Sequence record: NC_041973.1
DNA length: 64,000 nucleotides
Direction: 5' to 3' (one strand)
In this document: in pieces, positions 50,744 through 60,783 of the stretch
How positions within the stretch are numbered: the first letter of the stretch is position 1
Layout: every line of letters begins with the position of its first letter
Made by a program: the position numbers and the translations under genes
The notes under the pieces: model-generated
The model's database searches: none
Told to the model about the DNA's origin: nothing
What the model saw: only the letters and a program-made list of their open reading frames with translations

Positions 50744-52001
50744 GACACCCGCATCGAAGGTTCCAAACCCGGTGCAGAACCCGGTGATCAAATCACCGGA
50801 GGTTAGAAACGAAGTGGTCGATTCCACTTATAACCCCCGTAAGTCGTTAATGACCTTTGTCGGGGGGTCGTCTTGGGTCATCACCTATTACAGTCAGGTC
50901 TTGGGTGAGGGCAGTGAACCCATGGCCTTGCAGCATGACGAGCAAGGGACCACACAGCAGTACCTGCGTATTCGTCGCAATGTCATGAAAGTCTCCACCC
51001 CGCTGAACCATAACCCCGAGAAAGACCAGGGGCAAATGGAAATCACCGGGGCCGGTTATCTGATGCCAGGGATTGTGCCGAACCAAGGTGACATGTTTGT
51101 GGCCGATGTGGGTGATGGTCGTGCTGGACTCTTTACCATCAACGATATCGAGATCATGTCCATCTATAACGACACCGCGTATCAGGTGACGTATGAGATG
51201 ACGGACTTCTGGGATGCTGCTATCCAGAAGCTGCTCGATGACAAGACGGTGCAAGACACGGTCTATGACATGGACTTTGCCCGTACGGGTAAGAACCCGA
51301 TCATCGCCTCGGAAGACTTCTTTAACCGTGAGCGCATGATGGGACTGGAGGCCTCGTTAATCCATCACTTCTTCATGACGTTTTACGATAACGAGTTCAA
51401 CACCTTCTTACTCCCGGGGCAATTGCGCACTACTTACGACCCGTACCATGCCCGGTTTGTGGATAAGTTGATTGACTACGATTCACGCCCAGGTCATGCC
51501 CGGGTTAACATCTACGACGAGTCACTCAAGGGTAATGCAAAACCCACGACGATCTGGGACCTGTTAGTTGCACAAGACCCGCTGATGTTTAAGTACATCA
51601 CCAAACAGATGCAAGTCTTGCCCGCGACGTACTTTCGCAGTGCCACCGCGCTGTACGGGGCAATTGCGTATGCAGGTATCTACGGGGTGGTCTATCCGGT
51701 CAGTACCGATATCTTCATTAATACCGATATCGCCATTCCAGTTACCCCCATCAACCCTTTGCTGTTCAGTGGGATTGGGATCAACAAGACCTACGTGTTA
51801 AGTGAGGCCTTCTATCTGCAGCAACCGCATCTGATGAGCGAGCTGGAGCGGCAGGTGTATAACCTCATTACCGGCTTACCCATCAACGTGGAAAAGCTGA
51901 TCGATTTGGTGGATACCTACTTCGAGGCAGCGCCATTGGTACAATACTACGCATTTCCTCTATTAGTGTGTTTGTGCCGAACCGCACGTTATCGTTTATA
52001 G
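50730..52001 (+). CDS. Virion structural protein (phiKZ gp99 position); start ATG 50730
   Basis: PGIVPNQGDMFVADVGDG resembles head-closure beta-barrel motifs; synteny. Confidence 0.55.
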   Translation: MAIAKTPASKVPNPVQNPVIKSPEVRNEVVDSTYNPRKSLMTFVGGSSWVITYYSQVLGEGSEPMALQHDEQGTTQQYLRIRRNVMKVSTPLNHNPEKDQGQMEITGAGYLMPGIVPNQGDMFVADVGDGRAGLFTINDIEIMSIYNDTAYQVTYEMTDFWDAAIQKLLDDKTVQDTVYDMDFARTGKNPIIASEDFFNRERMMGLEASLIHHFFMTFYDNEFNTFLLPGQLRTTYDPYHARFVDKLIDYDSRPGHARVNIYDESLKGNAKPTTIWDLLVAQDPLMFKYITKQMQVLPATYFRSATALYGAIAYAGIYGVVYPVSTDIFINTDIAIPVTPINPLLFSGIGINKTYVLSEAFYLQQPHLMSELERQVYNLITGLPINVEKLIDLVDTYFEAAPLVQYYAFPLLVCLCRTARYRL

Positions 52002-52008
52002 GTGTTCT

Positions 52009-52638
52009 ATGACCCAGGTGATACATAGCACGGAATTTCTAAAGAGTGAACTGGAGCGTTTACAAGTGGTGCTGTTCGAGTGCCGCTATGAATGCCGTAT
52101 CCGCCAACGCGATCTCTACGATGTTGACTATCTGCAAAACGTGGGACTGCCATCATCTGGGATAGCTTGGCTCGATCAGGAGATGGACAACCAGTTAGTG
52201 GATATGTTCCTTACCATTAACAAGATGACCGAGTGTGTGAAGAACGGGTATAACTTCTACATCAACTACCCGGAGACCTACGCAGGGATCATCTACAAAG
52301 CGATCACCGACTACATCCGCTATTACGGCGAGCTCTCGGACCGTTTCCCGAACTTACCGTTACCGGATCAGGACGACTTTGAGATCCTGGACCAGACCGC
52401 GAGTAAGATCTATACAGTCTATCGCTGCTATGAGAAACCGGAAGAACTCTCGGGTATTGTCGGTCGTCTGCGTCGACGTCGTCGCTCCTTCGATCTGCAG
52501 AACCCGGTGGCCGAAGTTGAGCTACAGCGTGATGAAGACGGTAACGTGATTGCGAAGGAACATAACTCGATGCTGGATATGTTTGCTGACCGCATGACCG
52601 TGAAGAGGATTCCAAAGCATGAATTTGGAGAAGAGTAG
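52009..52638 (+). CDS. Conserved protein (phiKZ gp100 position)
   Basis: Synteny. Confidence 0.5.
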   Translation: MTQVIHSTEFLKSELERLQVVLFECRYECRIRQRDLYDVDYLQNVGLPSSGIAWLDQEMDNQLVDMFLTINKMTECVKNGYNFYINYPETYAGIIYKAITDYIRYYGELSDRFPNLPLPDQDDFEILDQTASKIYTVYRCYEKPEELSGIVGRLRRRRRSFDLQNPVAEVELQRDEDGNVIAKEHNSMLDMFADRMTVKRIPKHEFGEE

Positions 52639-53980
52639 TCTTTATAATGAAATCATCGCGATCGGGACCAAAGGCGGGCGCAGTGTCTACCGAATAAAGG
52701 CGGAGATCTTTTTTGATACCACCATCTGTTCGGTATTCCGGGTACGCAGTCTCAATCGCTTTGATGACTTCATGAACCGCTACAGTGAAGAGCTGAACAT
52801 TGAAGTGGCAATGTCAGAGGGGGTGTACAACCAACAGATCATCCCCAATGCCACGCGGCTTAAGATGCACCTGGTGATTAACAAGTACGAACCGGGACAA
52901 GAACCCGTCAGTACGCGCTACACACTTCGGGTGTTTCCTAAAACGGGATATGACCCGCAGCTGACACAACAACGGGCCGCGGATATCAACCAGGCTGCGA
53001 TTGCTGCAACCTCCTTGCAGTTCTATCAGTTCCAGTTGTTTACCTCGGCGATTGAACAACTCAGTGCAACACCGTGTGCCGGGATCTTTCCTACTACCTC
53101 ACCGGCGGCGTTAATTCGGGTGTTACTGGGCGGGGTGTCGGAAGGGCTGGAGTTACCGTTAGAGGAAAAGCCGCTGGGGATGGAGATGTACCCGGTGGAT
53201 GCGGTGACGCCAGATGGCAAGGAGATCATCAAGAACCATGTGGTGGTCAAGCCGATCCAGTTGTGTGACTTACCGGGCTTTCTACAGCACGAGTATGGGT
53301 TGTACAAGACAGCGATTGGGTCGTATTACCATAAGCAGTACTGGCACATCTGGCCGCTCTACAACACCAAACGGTTTGAACTGGTGCGCAAGAACCTGAT
53401 TGTAGTCAACGTTCCTAAGGATAAGTTCCCTAACATGGAACACACCTATGAGATGCGTGGCTCGAGTCTGTGTGTCTTGGCGACCGGTGATACTGCAGTG
53501 CACGACACGTCGAACCTGGCGCAATACCAGGAAGGCAATGGCGTCAGAGCAACCCGGTCCTCTGCGATGAGTGGTGATGAGGGGATGGAGGTGAAGCAGG
53601 GGCAGGTGGTGCTGCAGCGTGGTGCGACTAACTCTGAGTTCATTACCAATACCCGTCAAGGTGCAGTTAACTTCGCCCCCATGGCCGGTGAGATCACGGA
53701 CAACAGTTATCGCATTGTGTCAAAGACCGCAGTTAATAACGGATCTACCATTCAGGTGACCTGGCAGAACGCCGACCCTGAGCTGATCTTCCCTGGCATG
53801 CCGGTGAAGTACCTCTACATGAAGTCGACGGGTGTTGAACAACGCTACGGGACGCTGGTGATGGCAGAGGCGCATTATCGACTAGCACAGGACGGGTTAG
53901 CTGATGAGGTGATGTTGTGTGATATGGCCTTAACCTTGTTCATTGATACCGCCGACGAAACCGCCAACAGTTCATTGTAA
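52619..53980 (+). CDS. Baseplate hub-like protein (phiKZ gp101-like)
   Basis: Synteny; W.N.DP.LI.PGMPV segment. Confidence 0.55.
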   Translation: MNLEKSSLYNEIIAIGTKGGRSVYRIKAEIFFDTTICSVFRVRSLNRFDDFMNRYSEELNIEVAMSEGVYNQQIIPNATRLKMHLVINKYEPGQEPVSTRYTLRVFPKTGYDPQLTQQRAADINQAAIAATSLQFYQFQLFTSAIEQLSATPCAGIFPTTSPAALIRVLLGGVSEGLELPLEEKPLGMEMYPVDAVTPDGKEIIKNHVVVKPIQLCDLPGFLQHEYGLYKTAIGSYYHKQYWHIWPLYNTKRFELVRKNLIVVNVPKDKFPNMEHTYEMRGSSLCVLATGDTAVHDTSNLAQYQEGNGVRATRSSAMSGDEGMEVKQGQVVLQRGATNSEFITNTRQGAVNFAPMAGEITDNSYRIVSKTAVNNGSTIQVTWQNADPELIFPGMPVKYLYMKSTGVEQRYGTLVMAEAHYRLAQDGLADEVMLCDMALTLFIDTADETANSSL

Positions 53981-54045
53981 TTAGTGACATTCATCCCTAG
54001 TCTTATGAGCTCCTGGCTCATAGGCTAGGATGGATTTATTCTTAG

Positions 54046-54056
54046 ACCTACATTAT
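54046..54056 (+). promoter_or_regulatory. Candidate phage early promoter ACCTACATTA
   Basis: Identical 10-mer to 13828; 35 nt before the RBS-bearing ATG 54090. Confidence 0.55.
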
Positions 54057-54089
54057 CGAGATGATCCAATAAAATATAAGGACTTCACC

Positions 54090-55568
54090 ATGAGTCGCAA
54101 TTTCTCGTTGACCACCCTCATCAATCTCCTTCAAGCTGAGCTCGATTGGTACTCTACCCAGTTTCCTGAGTTTGAAGCCGATGTGCTGGACATTGTTAAT
54201 AACACCATCAGCGGTAAGTTAACCGCCAGTGACTTTGGCTGGACTTATAATCGCCTGATCTCTAAATTTGGCCTGGTGATGCAGGATACCGGTAACCCGC
54301 GGGCAAGGTTCTTGCGTTGCATCGTACCGAACTGCACCCATGGTATTATCCCACAGCTGCAGAGCATTCGTAATTACGGTGATCAACACATCGATCGTGA
54401 TCACATCATGGCCAGCGCTGTAGAGATCTTGTTGGGAAATTCCGTCGCCCCGATTATCAGCAGTTTTTATAAAAGCATCAAGCAGGGTGGCGATACTGCA
54501 CCGTGGGAGCGTGAGGGCTATTATGAATTGTTGTATATGCGCTTGCGCAACAACCGCCATCAATTCCCTTCAGGCTTTCAGGTGCTGCAACCCCAACCGC
54601 GCTTGACGGATGAACTCTCCACTGAGATCTATCGTCGCTTTGATGAGATTGTCGGTGCCCTGGAGAAGTTTAACAGCGACCCACAATACGCGTCAGAGAA
54701 CTACACCCTGCACGGCCTGCAAGATCCGTGGACTCATGCCGGGACTCGGGGCGATACCATGGCAGCGAAGTTGTGCCGTGCAATTGATGGTGAACGCCCC
54801 CACCACTATGACGAAGATGAAGACGAGGAGCTTTCGTTTAACCTCACACCCTATAACCCGGAAGCGGATTTAGTGAGCACGCTGAATAACGTGCATCATC
54901 TTCAGCCGATTGTGAAAGCCATCGTCAGTGCGGCAGCCACCAAAGAGTCTATTGATGAACGTTACCCGTTTCGTCAACCTCACGGTGTGCTTCAGTTGGT
55001 GCAGAAAGGTTACTTCGATGGCCTGACCCCAAAACACCTCAACGAGATCTACAGCACCGATCTCACTATCCCTGCGATCCACAACGTATTAAGTAAGGTA
55101 ACTTACTATAGTCGCGATGACCATGCGCAGCTTGAACTCGACCAGAACGGCAACATTCCTGATCGTCAAATCAACCCGGTGATCACTAACTTTAACCAAG
55201 CTCTAAACCGTACATACCCAACCAATATCCCGTTACTGACCATTCCAATGCCGGTGGCCATGAACGAAGAGCTCGACTTTGCAGCCCTCGCGAAAACCGA
55301 GATCAGAAACTATAACCGGGATGGGTATCTGTGGTTGTTGCTCGGTATCGTCTTTGACATCAGTAAGATGACCGTGACGTATCGCCGTCAGCTGAACCGC
55401 ATCAAAGGCGTGCCGTTACGGAAGGTGTGGGAATTGCCTCTGATCGTCACACCGCATCGCACCATCGAAGAGATCTTTGCTGATCTTGGTTATGAAATCT
55501 TAGAGGTAACTGATCCAAATGCCAAAACAGAAGCTCCAGTTCGAAAACCTGGTGGCAAGCGTAAATGA
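54090..55568 (+). CDS. Hypothetical protein (start ATG 54090)
   Basis: TAAGGA RBS; about 492 aa; basic C-terminus. Confidence 0.7.
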   Translation: MSRNFSLTTLINLLQAELDWYSTQFPEFEADVLDIVNNTISGKLTASDFGWTYNRLISKFGLVMQDTGNPRARFLRCIVPNCTHGIIPQLQSIRNYGDQHIDRDHIMASAVEILLGNSVAPIISSFYKSIKQGGDTAPWEREGYYELLYMRLRNNRHQFPSGFQVLQPQPRLTDELSTEIYRRFDEIVGALEKFNSDPQYASENYTLHGLQDPWTHAGTRGDTMAAKLCRAIDGERPHHYDEDEDEELSFNLTPYNPEADLVSTLNNVHHLQPIVKAIVSAAATKESIDERYPFRQPHGVLQLVQKGYFDGLTPKHLNEIYSTDLTIPAIHNVLSKVTYYSRDDHAQLELDQNGNIPDRQINPVITNFNQALNRTYPTNIPLLTIPMPVAMNEELDFAALAKTEIRNYNRDGYLWLLLGIVFDISKMTVTYRRQLNRIKGVPLRKVWELPLIVTPHRTIEEIFADLGYEILEVTDPNAKTEAPVRKPGGKRK

Positions 55569-55914
55569 TTTCGCTGGTCAACTGGGTCAGGTAGCTGTGC
55601 TGATCGAAGGCTTTGATGGGGGCGCTAAGCGCCCCTATTTAGCGTTTGCTCTCCATATGCTCCTTTCATCAGACGCGTCCGAGCGACTGGGTGCCGGTTG
55701 GTACCTGTTACTCATTCGGGCTATGTACAACGAACTCGGCCATGAGTTCACTACCGTCGATGAGTTAGATGACTTCATCGATACCTTTTATGACTTGTTT
55801 GATGCGCACAACATCGAACTGAACGACGCCGTCGTGAACGAATTGAATATCGCTTTCGACATGTTTGAAGAGTCACTCGACCTGGGTGATGCCACCGACG
55901 AGTATGACGACTAA
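55519..55914 (+). CDS. Acidic hypothetical protein
   Basis: GAGG RBS; 50-nt overlap with the upstream gene. Confidence 0.6.
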   Translation: MPKQKLQFENLVASVNDFAGQLGQVAVLIEGFDGGAKRPYLAFALHMLLSSDASERLGAGWYLLLIRAMYNELGHEFTTVDELDDFIDTFYDLFDAHNIELNDAVVNELNIAFDMFEESLDLGDATDEYDD

Positions 55915-55943
55915 TTCCCATCCTTAATTAACCGAGACGTAAA

Positions 55944-56165
55944 ATGAAAAAGAACATCCTACTGGCTGTGGTCCTGTTGTCCGCACTTCCTTCTGTAAAG
56001 GCATCCATGGATGTCCCGCCAGATCCGTACACCATTCAGTGTTTATCGGAGACTGAATGCTTTTATGCTAATGGACGTAAAGTGACTGAGCAGGAACTTC
56101 AGAAACTGGCGCTCCTGATTCAACAAGAGGAACAAAATGAGTCAAGTCAAAACAATGACGGCTGA
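55944..56165 (+). CDS. Small secreted protein
   Basis: Signal peptide MKKNILLAVVLLSALPSVKA-S; Cys pair. Confidence 0.55.
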   Translation: MKKNILLAVVLLSALPSVKASMDVPPDPYTIQCLSETECFYANGRKVTEQELQKLALLIQQEEQNESSQNNDG

Positions 56166-56919
56166 AGAGATCAGAAAGGCGATGTGGGTCTATGATGCAT
56201 TGTCTAACAGCCACCGTGGTCTGTATGTCAAAGCAGAAGGTCCGGATGGTTCGGGTAAGTCAACCTTTGTGAAACTGCTAACGGAATGGTTACAGACACA
56301 GTTAGGTAACAGCCGGGCGGTGATGACCCGTGAAATGGGCGGCACTGCACAAGGTCGTGTCTTTCGTGAAATGGTGCTCTTCCCTAAAGAGACCCAAGAG
56401 CTGGATCTGCAAACTGAAACGCTGCTGTGCTGGGCTGATCGGGTTGAAGGCCAGAAGCAAGTTAAAGCCTGGTTAAACGCCGGGATCGCTGTGGTTCAGG
56501 ATCGCACCTACTTCTCCACCTACGCTTATCAAGGCATGCTGTACGGACAGTCACCGTTGGTAAGCAAGATTCATTCCGGCCTGGACATCATGAACGCGGA
56601 TATCGTGTTTGTGTTGGACGTTGACCCAGAAGACATTCTGGCGCGCGTAGGTCGTCGTGAAGCAAAGGGTAATGAAGATCCAACGGGTAATGACCGGATG
56701 GATGTGATGACCGATCGGCAGCTAAAAGACCTCTGCTACTTTTACCGGGGTATTGAGCACCAGATGCCCGCCTGTGCCAATATCAAACAATCTAAAGTCA
56801 TCCACCTGGATGGCCGGCAAACGCAGGAGCAATTGCTGCAGGATGCCATTGTTCACTTAACCCGTTTTCTGGATGAGAAGGAACGCGAAGCAAATGACCT
56901 CTGCCGTGCTATTTGCTAA
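56137..56919 (+). CDS. tmk: Thymidylate (dTMP) kinase
   Basis: P-loop EGPDGSGKST, TREMGGT, DRTYFSTYAYQG, LDVDPE. Confidence 0.92.
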   Translation: MSQVKTMTAEEIRKAMWVYDALSNSHRGLYVKAEGPDGSGKSTFVKLLTEWLQTQLGNSRAVMTREMGGTAQGRVFREMVLFPKETQELDLQTETLLCWADRVEGQKQVKAWLNAGIAVVQDRTYFSTYAYQGMLYGQSPLVSKIHSGLDIMNADIVFVLDVDPEDILARVGRREAKGNEDPTGNDRMDVMTDRQLKDLCYFYRGIEHQMPACANIKQSKVIHLDGRQTQEQLLQDAIVHLTRFLDEKEREANDLCRAIC

Positions 56920-57205
56920 TGTGACCGAACCTCTGTTGCTGAAACTCAAAGAGGTGAATGAAGCGGTTGACCTCGAGTGGCTGATTGAACAGGGTAAGAT
57001 GGTCAGTCTTATTCGTAAGAACGTCGTGCGTGCTGAACGTGATGACGGCGCGCATGTGCATGTGATGGTGTTTCCCCGCGAGTATCTTCTGAACCTCGCT
57101 GACCGCCATGACGATGCGCAATATCAGGCCTGGTTAATCGAAAGCAAGATCAAGCCTTTTAAAGAGCATTACGCTCACGGTAGTCTCAGTATGTACGTGT
57201 ACTAA
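56894..57205 (+). CDS. Hypothetical protein
   Basis: Short overlap with tmk; followed by a terminator hairpin. Confidence 0.55.
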   Translation: MTSAVLFANVTEPLLLKLKEVNEAVDLEWLIEQGKMVSLIRKNVVRAERDDGAHVHVMVFPREYLLNLADRHDDAQYQAWLIESKIKPFKEHYAHGSLSMYVY

Positions 57206-57210
57206 CTTTA

Positions 57211-57243
57211 AGCAGGAGTAAGGAAACTTACTCCGCTTATGCC
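57211..57243 (+). terminator. Hairpin (GAAA loop)-TTATGCC element
   Basis: GGAGTAAG-GAAA-CTTACTCC + GCTTATGCC. Confidence 0.7.
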
Positions 57244-57268
57244 AATTTAATTTAACCGGACGTGTATC

Positions 57269-57679
57269 ATGAAATTAGGCTTTTATTACGCATTAGTAAA
57301 GAACCATGTGTCAGGTAAACGTGAGATCTTATCTATCCAACGTGAGAGTGTCGCAGAACTCTTCCCAGTGTGTTATACGCGACTCTGTAAAGATATCGAG
57401 GAAAACCACAGTGGTAAGTACGAAACCTCAGCATTGGCCTTTGGTGCGCTTAAAATCGAGTATCATGCAGCCAGTCAGTTGGGAACGGTATGGATTGGAC
57501 ATACCAAGGTCGGAATCATTACCCCGAAAGCCACGTTGATCTCGGTAGGCGTGGAATATCCGATTGGGACTTTCTACTTATCCCCTCCGCCAAGTCTGCA
57601 GATTGGTGACCCAGAACTGATTCAGTTACGGGATGTGGTGGCCAGTGTCATTGGCGATGCAACATGGGTGATGAACTAA
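57269..57679 (+). CDS. Hypothetical protein
   Basis: 136-aa co-oriented ORF. Confidence 0.55.
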   Translation: MKLGFYYALVKNHVSGKREILSIQRESVAELFPVCYTRLCKDIEENHSGKYETSALAFGALKIEYHAASQLGTVWIGHTKVGIITPKATLISVGVEYPIGTFYLSPPPSLQIGDPELIQLRDVVASVIGDATWVMN

Positions 57680-58176
57680 TGGCGAAGATCAATGTCTCGA
57701 ATGCCACGACCTATAAGTTCTTTAAAGAACGTGCAAACCACACACTGCGTCATTTTGCCCAAGATCTTGATCCGGGTATTCTGCCAGTCGTAAGGGAACT
57801 TAACGCAATAGAAGGGATCGCCCCTGTCTGGAGTTGTGAGTCACACCCTAAAGGTAATGCACATCTTCTTCGCGAGGCATACGTTATCTGTGTGGTCACT
57901 GGGCGGGGGATGGATAAGTTAGAAGAGATCTATAAAGAATGGATGCGGTTGCTAGACCAAGATCGATCATCCTGGCGTAAAGACGATACCGCCCATTCTC
58001 GTAGAAAACGAGTATTTGCTCATCATGTGGTAATCACGACACGTCGCTTGACTTGGCCTAATGACTTCAGTCGCCACTATACCTCTGTCTGTTTAGGGTA
58101 TGAGCGCCTTAATGCCGTCAACAAGCGCTTGGTGCTTCTGTCGTTTGAACAAGCTATCCGTAACGTAACCTTTTAA
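57664..58176 (+). CDS. Hypothetical protein with a TYW3-like D..I...V..LN......SC..H motif (true start may be ATG 57679)
   Basis: LDPGILPVVRELNAIEGIAPVWSCESH. Confidence 0.55.
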   Translation: MGDELMAKINVSNATTYKFFKERANHTLRHFAQDLDPGILPVVRELNAIEGIAPVWSCESHPKGNAHLLREAYVICVVTGRGMDKLEEIYKEWMRLLDQDRSSWRKDDTAHSRRKRVFAHHVVITTRRLTWPNDFSRHYTSVCLGYERLNAVNKRLVLLSFEQAIRNVTF

Positions 58177-58183
58177 ACTTAAT

Positions 58184-58251
58184 CGGCATAACCCCCTGAG
58201 AGAGAAGCGCAATGCTTCTCTCTCAGGGATGCCTGAATCTCTTTTTTTTTT
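58184..58251 (+). terminator. Long hairpin element with GGCAT...ATGCC closure and T10 run
   Basis: CCCTGAGAGAGAAGC-GCAAT-GCTTCTCTCTCAGGG. Confidence 0.8.
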
Positions 58252-58371
58252 AGTCTGGTTAAATATAGTGGATAGAGAATTAACTTGAATAACAAAAAAT
58301 AAAGCAAAGTAATATCAACGCCGGTAAGGGCTACAACAGTTGTTCTAATTTTCAGGCACGTAGCCTAGGAG

Positions 58372-58409
58372 AAAAAAAAGGAGGAAGCAGCTTATCCAGT
58401 TACTTCCTC
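58372..58409 (-). terminator. Intrinsic terminator of the dnaB-like gene
   Basis: Minus strand GAGGAAGTA...TGCTTCCTC followed by T8. Confidence 0.75.
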
Positions 58410-58450
58410 AAAAACGTTATTTCTCGTCGTCCCCATTCTGGGACATAGTA

Positions 58451-59983
58451 TTACCCAAACCACGGAGCTCCACCGCCATCAGAGTTTGTCTCTCCGGCAA
58501 CGTGCTTACGGGATTTGTCCTTTCCATTCACATCATCAAGAATACCGACTCCAGGTTCGAACTTGTAAACGCAATATTTATCACGCTCAGGTGTAATCGA
58601 AATGGTGCGATGCTTACCGCGCTGAATGCACAGATAAGACTCTTCACCAACACGGACAATATGGATAATCATTTCCACATCGACTTCTTGGTCGATCTTG
58701 GTACAGTTATCCCAATAACCTTTATTCGCTGTTTCACGTGGAAGGTCTTCTTCGAGACCGTTACGGACCAGCATCTTCGCAGCAGGACTCAACTGATGCG
58801 GAGTAATGACACAGATACCACGAGCAGATGTAAAGTTACGGACACGACGGAAAAGATCACGGTACTCTTGTCCCGCAACACCTTTCTCGCAACCTTCTTT
58901 ACTGAACATCCCCAGGTAGTCGATGGTTAATAGATGAATTTCATAACCCATATTCTCAAAGTGCTTAATACGCTCAAAGAGATTACGGTAACCAAACTGC
59001 GATGGGTTAACACGACAGAAGTTGACTTCATAACCGTTAACAGATAAGGCGGCTAAGACTTCACGGGCTGCTTCCGCTTCATCTACTGTCTGATGGTTAT
59101 GATCCAGGCCATCGATGTTTGCTTTGATCTTCTTCCACCACAGAACCATGTTGTCGGTCATGTTGTTTTCAGAAGAGATGTGCATGATCATCGGTTTCTT
59201 CTTCGGATCACGCATGTACGGTTTGTTAAAGGTGGCGATCTGACGTGTCAGGTCCATGGTGAAGCCGGTCTTGTTGTTGTGCTGCAATGCACCAATCAAG
59301 ACGAACTCACTGCGACGGAACCCGCCCACTTCACCCAGCATGCGGTTGATACCGGTGTAACCTGTCTTTAATACCCCAAGCGTAGAAGACTCTTCTTTCG
59401 CTTGCTTAAAGATCTTACCCACTTCTTCCAGGTTACTGACTGTAATGTCAGAGATCACCGCTGGGTCAAACTGTTCAGAGACACCGATGTTAACCGTTTC
59501 AATCTCTTCTAACAGCTTGACCACCGCAGAATCCATGTCGATGTCTTCACCGCCGAAGATGATAGGTGCTGCAAACCGCTTGATGATGGCCTTCGCCCGA
59601 CGGTGCTGATCCCACTTACGTAGTTCACGTCCAATGGCAACCACAGACTGTTTGGCTTTGTAAGGATCATCCTCGGTGCTGCTGACACCCATTTCTAAGG
59701 CTTGGTAAGTTGCCGCGTCATGGCCGCAGTCAGTTAACAAGCGTTGAAGAAGATCAGTTTTATCCAGTGGTTGATTCTTAGGACGACTAATCATCCAGCG
59801 AATAGTACGGCGTAAAGCCAGCTGTACATTGCGGGATTCGTCATCACCTGTACCTTCAACAGGGGTCGGAATGTTATCCAGGAGTTCATCAACGAACTCA
59901 CTGCTGTCATCGCTGTCAGTGCCAACAATGGACTCTTGATAAAATAACGTAATAATCTTTATGAGTAATAGAACGGTTTCCAT
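58451..59983 (-). CDS. dnaB: DnaB-like replicative helicase (phiKZ gp118-like); start ATG 59983
   Basis: TGYTGINRMLG...GFRRSE, variant Walker A ALQHNNKT, Walker B IDYL, PHQLS, KIDQEVD, QRGKHR. Confidence 0.9.
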   Translation of the reverse strand: METVLLLIKIITLFYQESIVGTDSDDSSEFVDELLDNIPTPVEGTGDDESRNVQLALRRTIRWMISRPKNQPLDKTDLLQRLLTDCGHDAATYQALEMGVSSTEDDPYKAKQSVVAIGRELRKWDQHRRAKAIIKRFAAPIIFGGEDIDMDSAVVKLLEEIETVNIGVSEQFDPAVISDITVSNLEEVGKIFKQAKEESSTLGVLKTGYTGINRMLGEVGGFRRSEFVLIGALQHNNKTGFTMDLTRQIATFNKPYMRDPKKKPMIMHISSENNMTDNMVLWWKKIKANIDGLDHNHQTVDEAEAAREVLAALSVNGYEVNFCRVNPSQFGYRNLFERIKHFENMGYEIHLLTIDYLGMFSKEGCEKGVAGQEYRDLFRRVRNFTSARGICVITPHQLSPAAKMLVRNGLEEDLPRETANKGYWDNCTKIDQEVDVEMIIHIVRVGEESYLCIQRGKHRTISITPERDKYCVYKFEPGVGILDDVNGKDKSRKHVAGETNSDGGGAPWFG

Positions 59984-60011
59984 TATGCCCCTCGTTATAA
60001 GGTAATTAACC

Positions 60012-60641
60012 ATGTACAATGAAAAGTTGGTAATTGTGCCAGCGCCAATCCTTCGGGCTATTCACAATGCAAAAGAAAGTGAAGCAATTTTAACGTGTCC
60101 GAAAAGAATGCTTTCCATATTATCCAGACGTGATGTCATTTTCTACTACGTGGTGAATACTCTTCTTTGTGACTATTCCTATAAAGCAGACCCAGCCAAC
60201 CCAGAACCACCATTGGTGTCGGCGCTGCGGGATCTGTTGTCACACACTAACGGCGTAATGAATGCCTTTACCTCGCCGGCGTGGGTTGCGTTTGTTGATG
60301 AGAACGACGCCGATATCCAAAGTGAGCGTCGACTGAAAGCGCGTAGTATCTATGAGTACCTGACTGGTGAACCGTATGCATGGAATTCAACAGAAGGTGA
60401 CGATTCTTTAAGCTATATCTATGACACCCAGGCGAAAGTCGTGGGAGGTGAAGCCGTTGCAGTGTTGATTAATGCTGTGAAGGAGAACGATAGTTACAAT
60501 ATCATCAGTCATCAACGTTTATTCGAACAAACCATTCTGGCGTTCACTACACTGACAGCAGACACCAAAAGCTTTGCTTCCCTTTATAAAGGCTTTTGTG
60601 AACTGGTTTACCAAGACTCGCTAATCCGACGTTTTGTGTAA
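60012..60641 (+). CDS. Minor capsid protein (phiKZ gp119 position)
   Basis: Between dnaB and the major capsid gene, as in phiKZ. Confidence 0.6.
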   Translation: MYNEKLVIVPAPILRAIHNAKESEAILTCPKRMLSILSRRDVIFYYVVNTLLCDYSYKADPANPEPPLVSALRDLLSHTNGVMNAFTSPAWVAFVDENDADIQSERRLKARSIYEYLTGEPYAWNSTEGDDSLSYIYDTQAKVVGGEAVAVLINAVKENDSYNIISHQRLFEQTILAFTTLTADTKSFASLYKGFCELVYQDSLIRRFV

Positions 60642-60666
60642 GAATCTATGTAATAGTATGTAAATT

Positions 60667-60765
60667 GCCATTTCGATGGCGGCGTACTGTTATGACCGTG
60701 TGTTAGCGCGACACAACCCCCTGTTTATGTACATAGACAGGTAATATCGAAAACTTATATAAGTT
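60667..60765 (+). promoter_or_regulatory. Structured 5' leader of the major capsid gene (four inverted repeats)
   Basis: GCCAT-TTCG-ATGGC; GTGT..ACAC; CTGTTTATGTACATAGACAG; AACTTATATAAGTT. Confidence 0.5.
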
Positions 60766-60783
60766 ATTGAAGGAAACAACGAA

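Noticed and set aside
55519-55568. 50-nt gene overlap as a second frameshift; likewise 5429-5448 and 56894-56919
   Set aside because: Each downstream ORF has its own start codon (with a recognisable SD at 55519 and 5429), and no clear slippery heptamer is present
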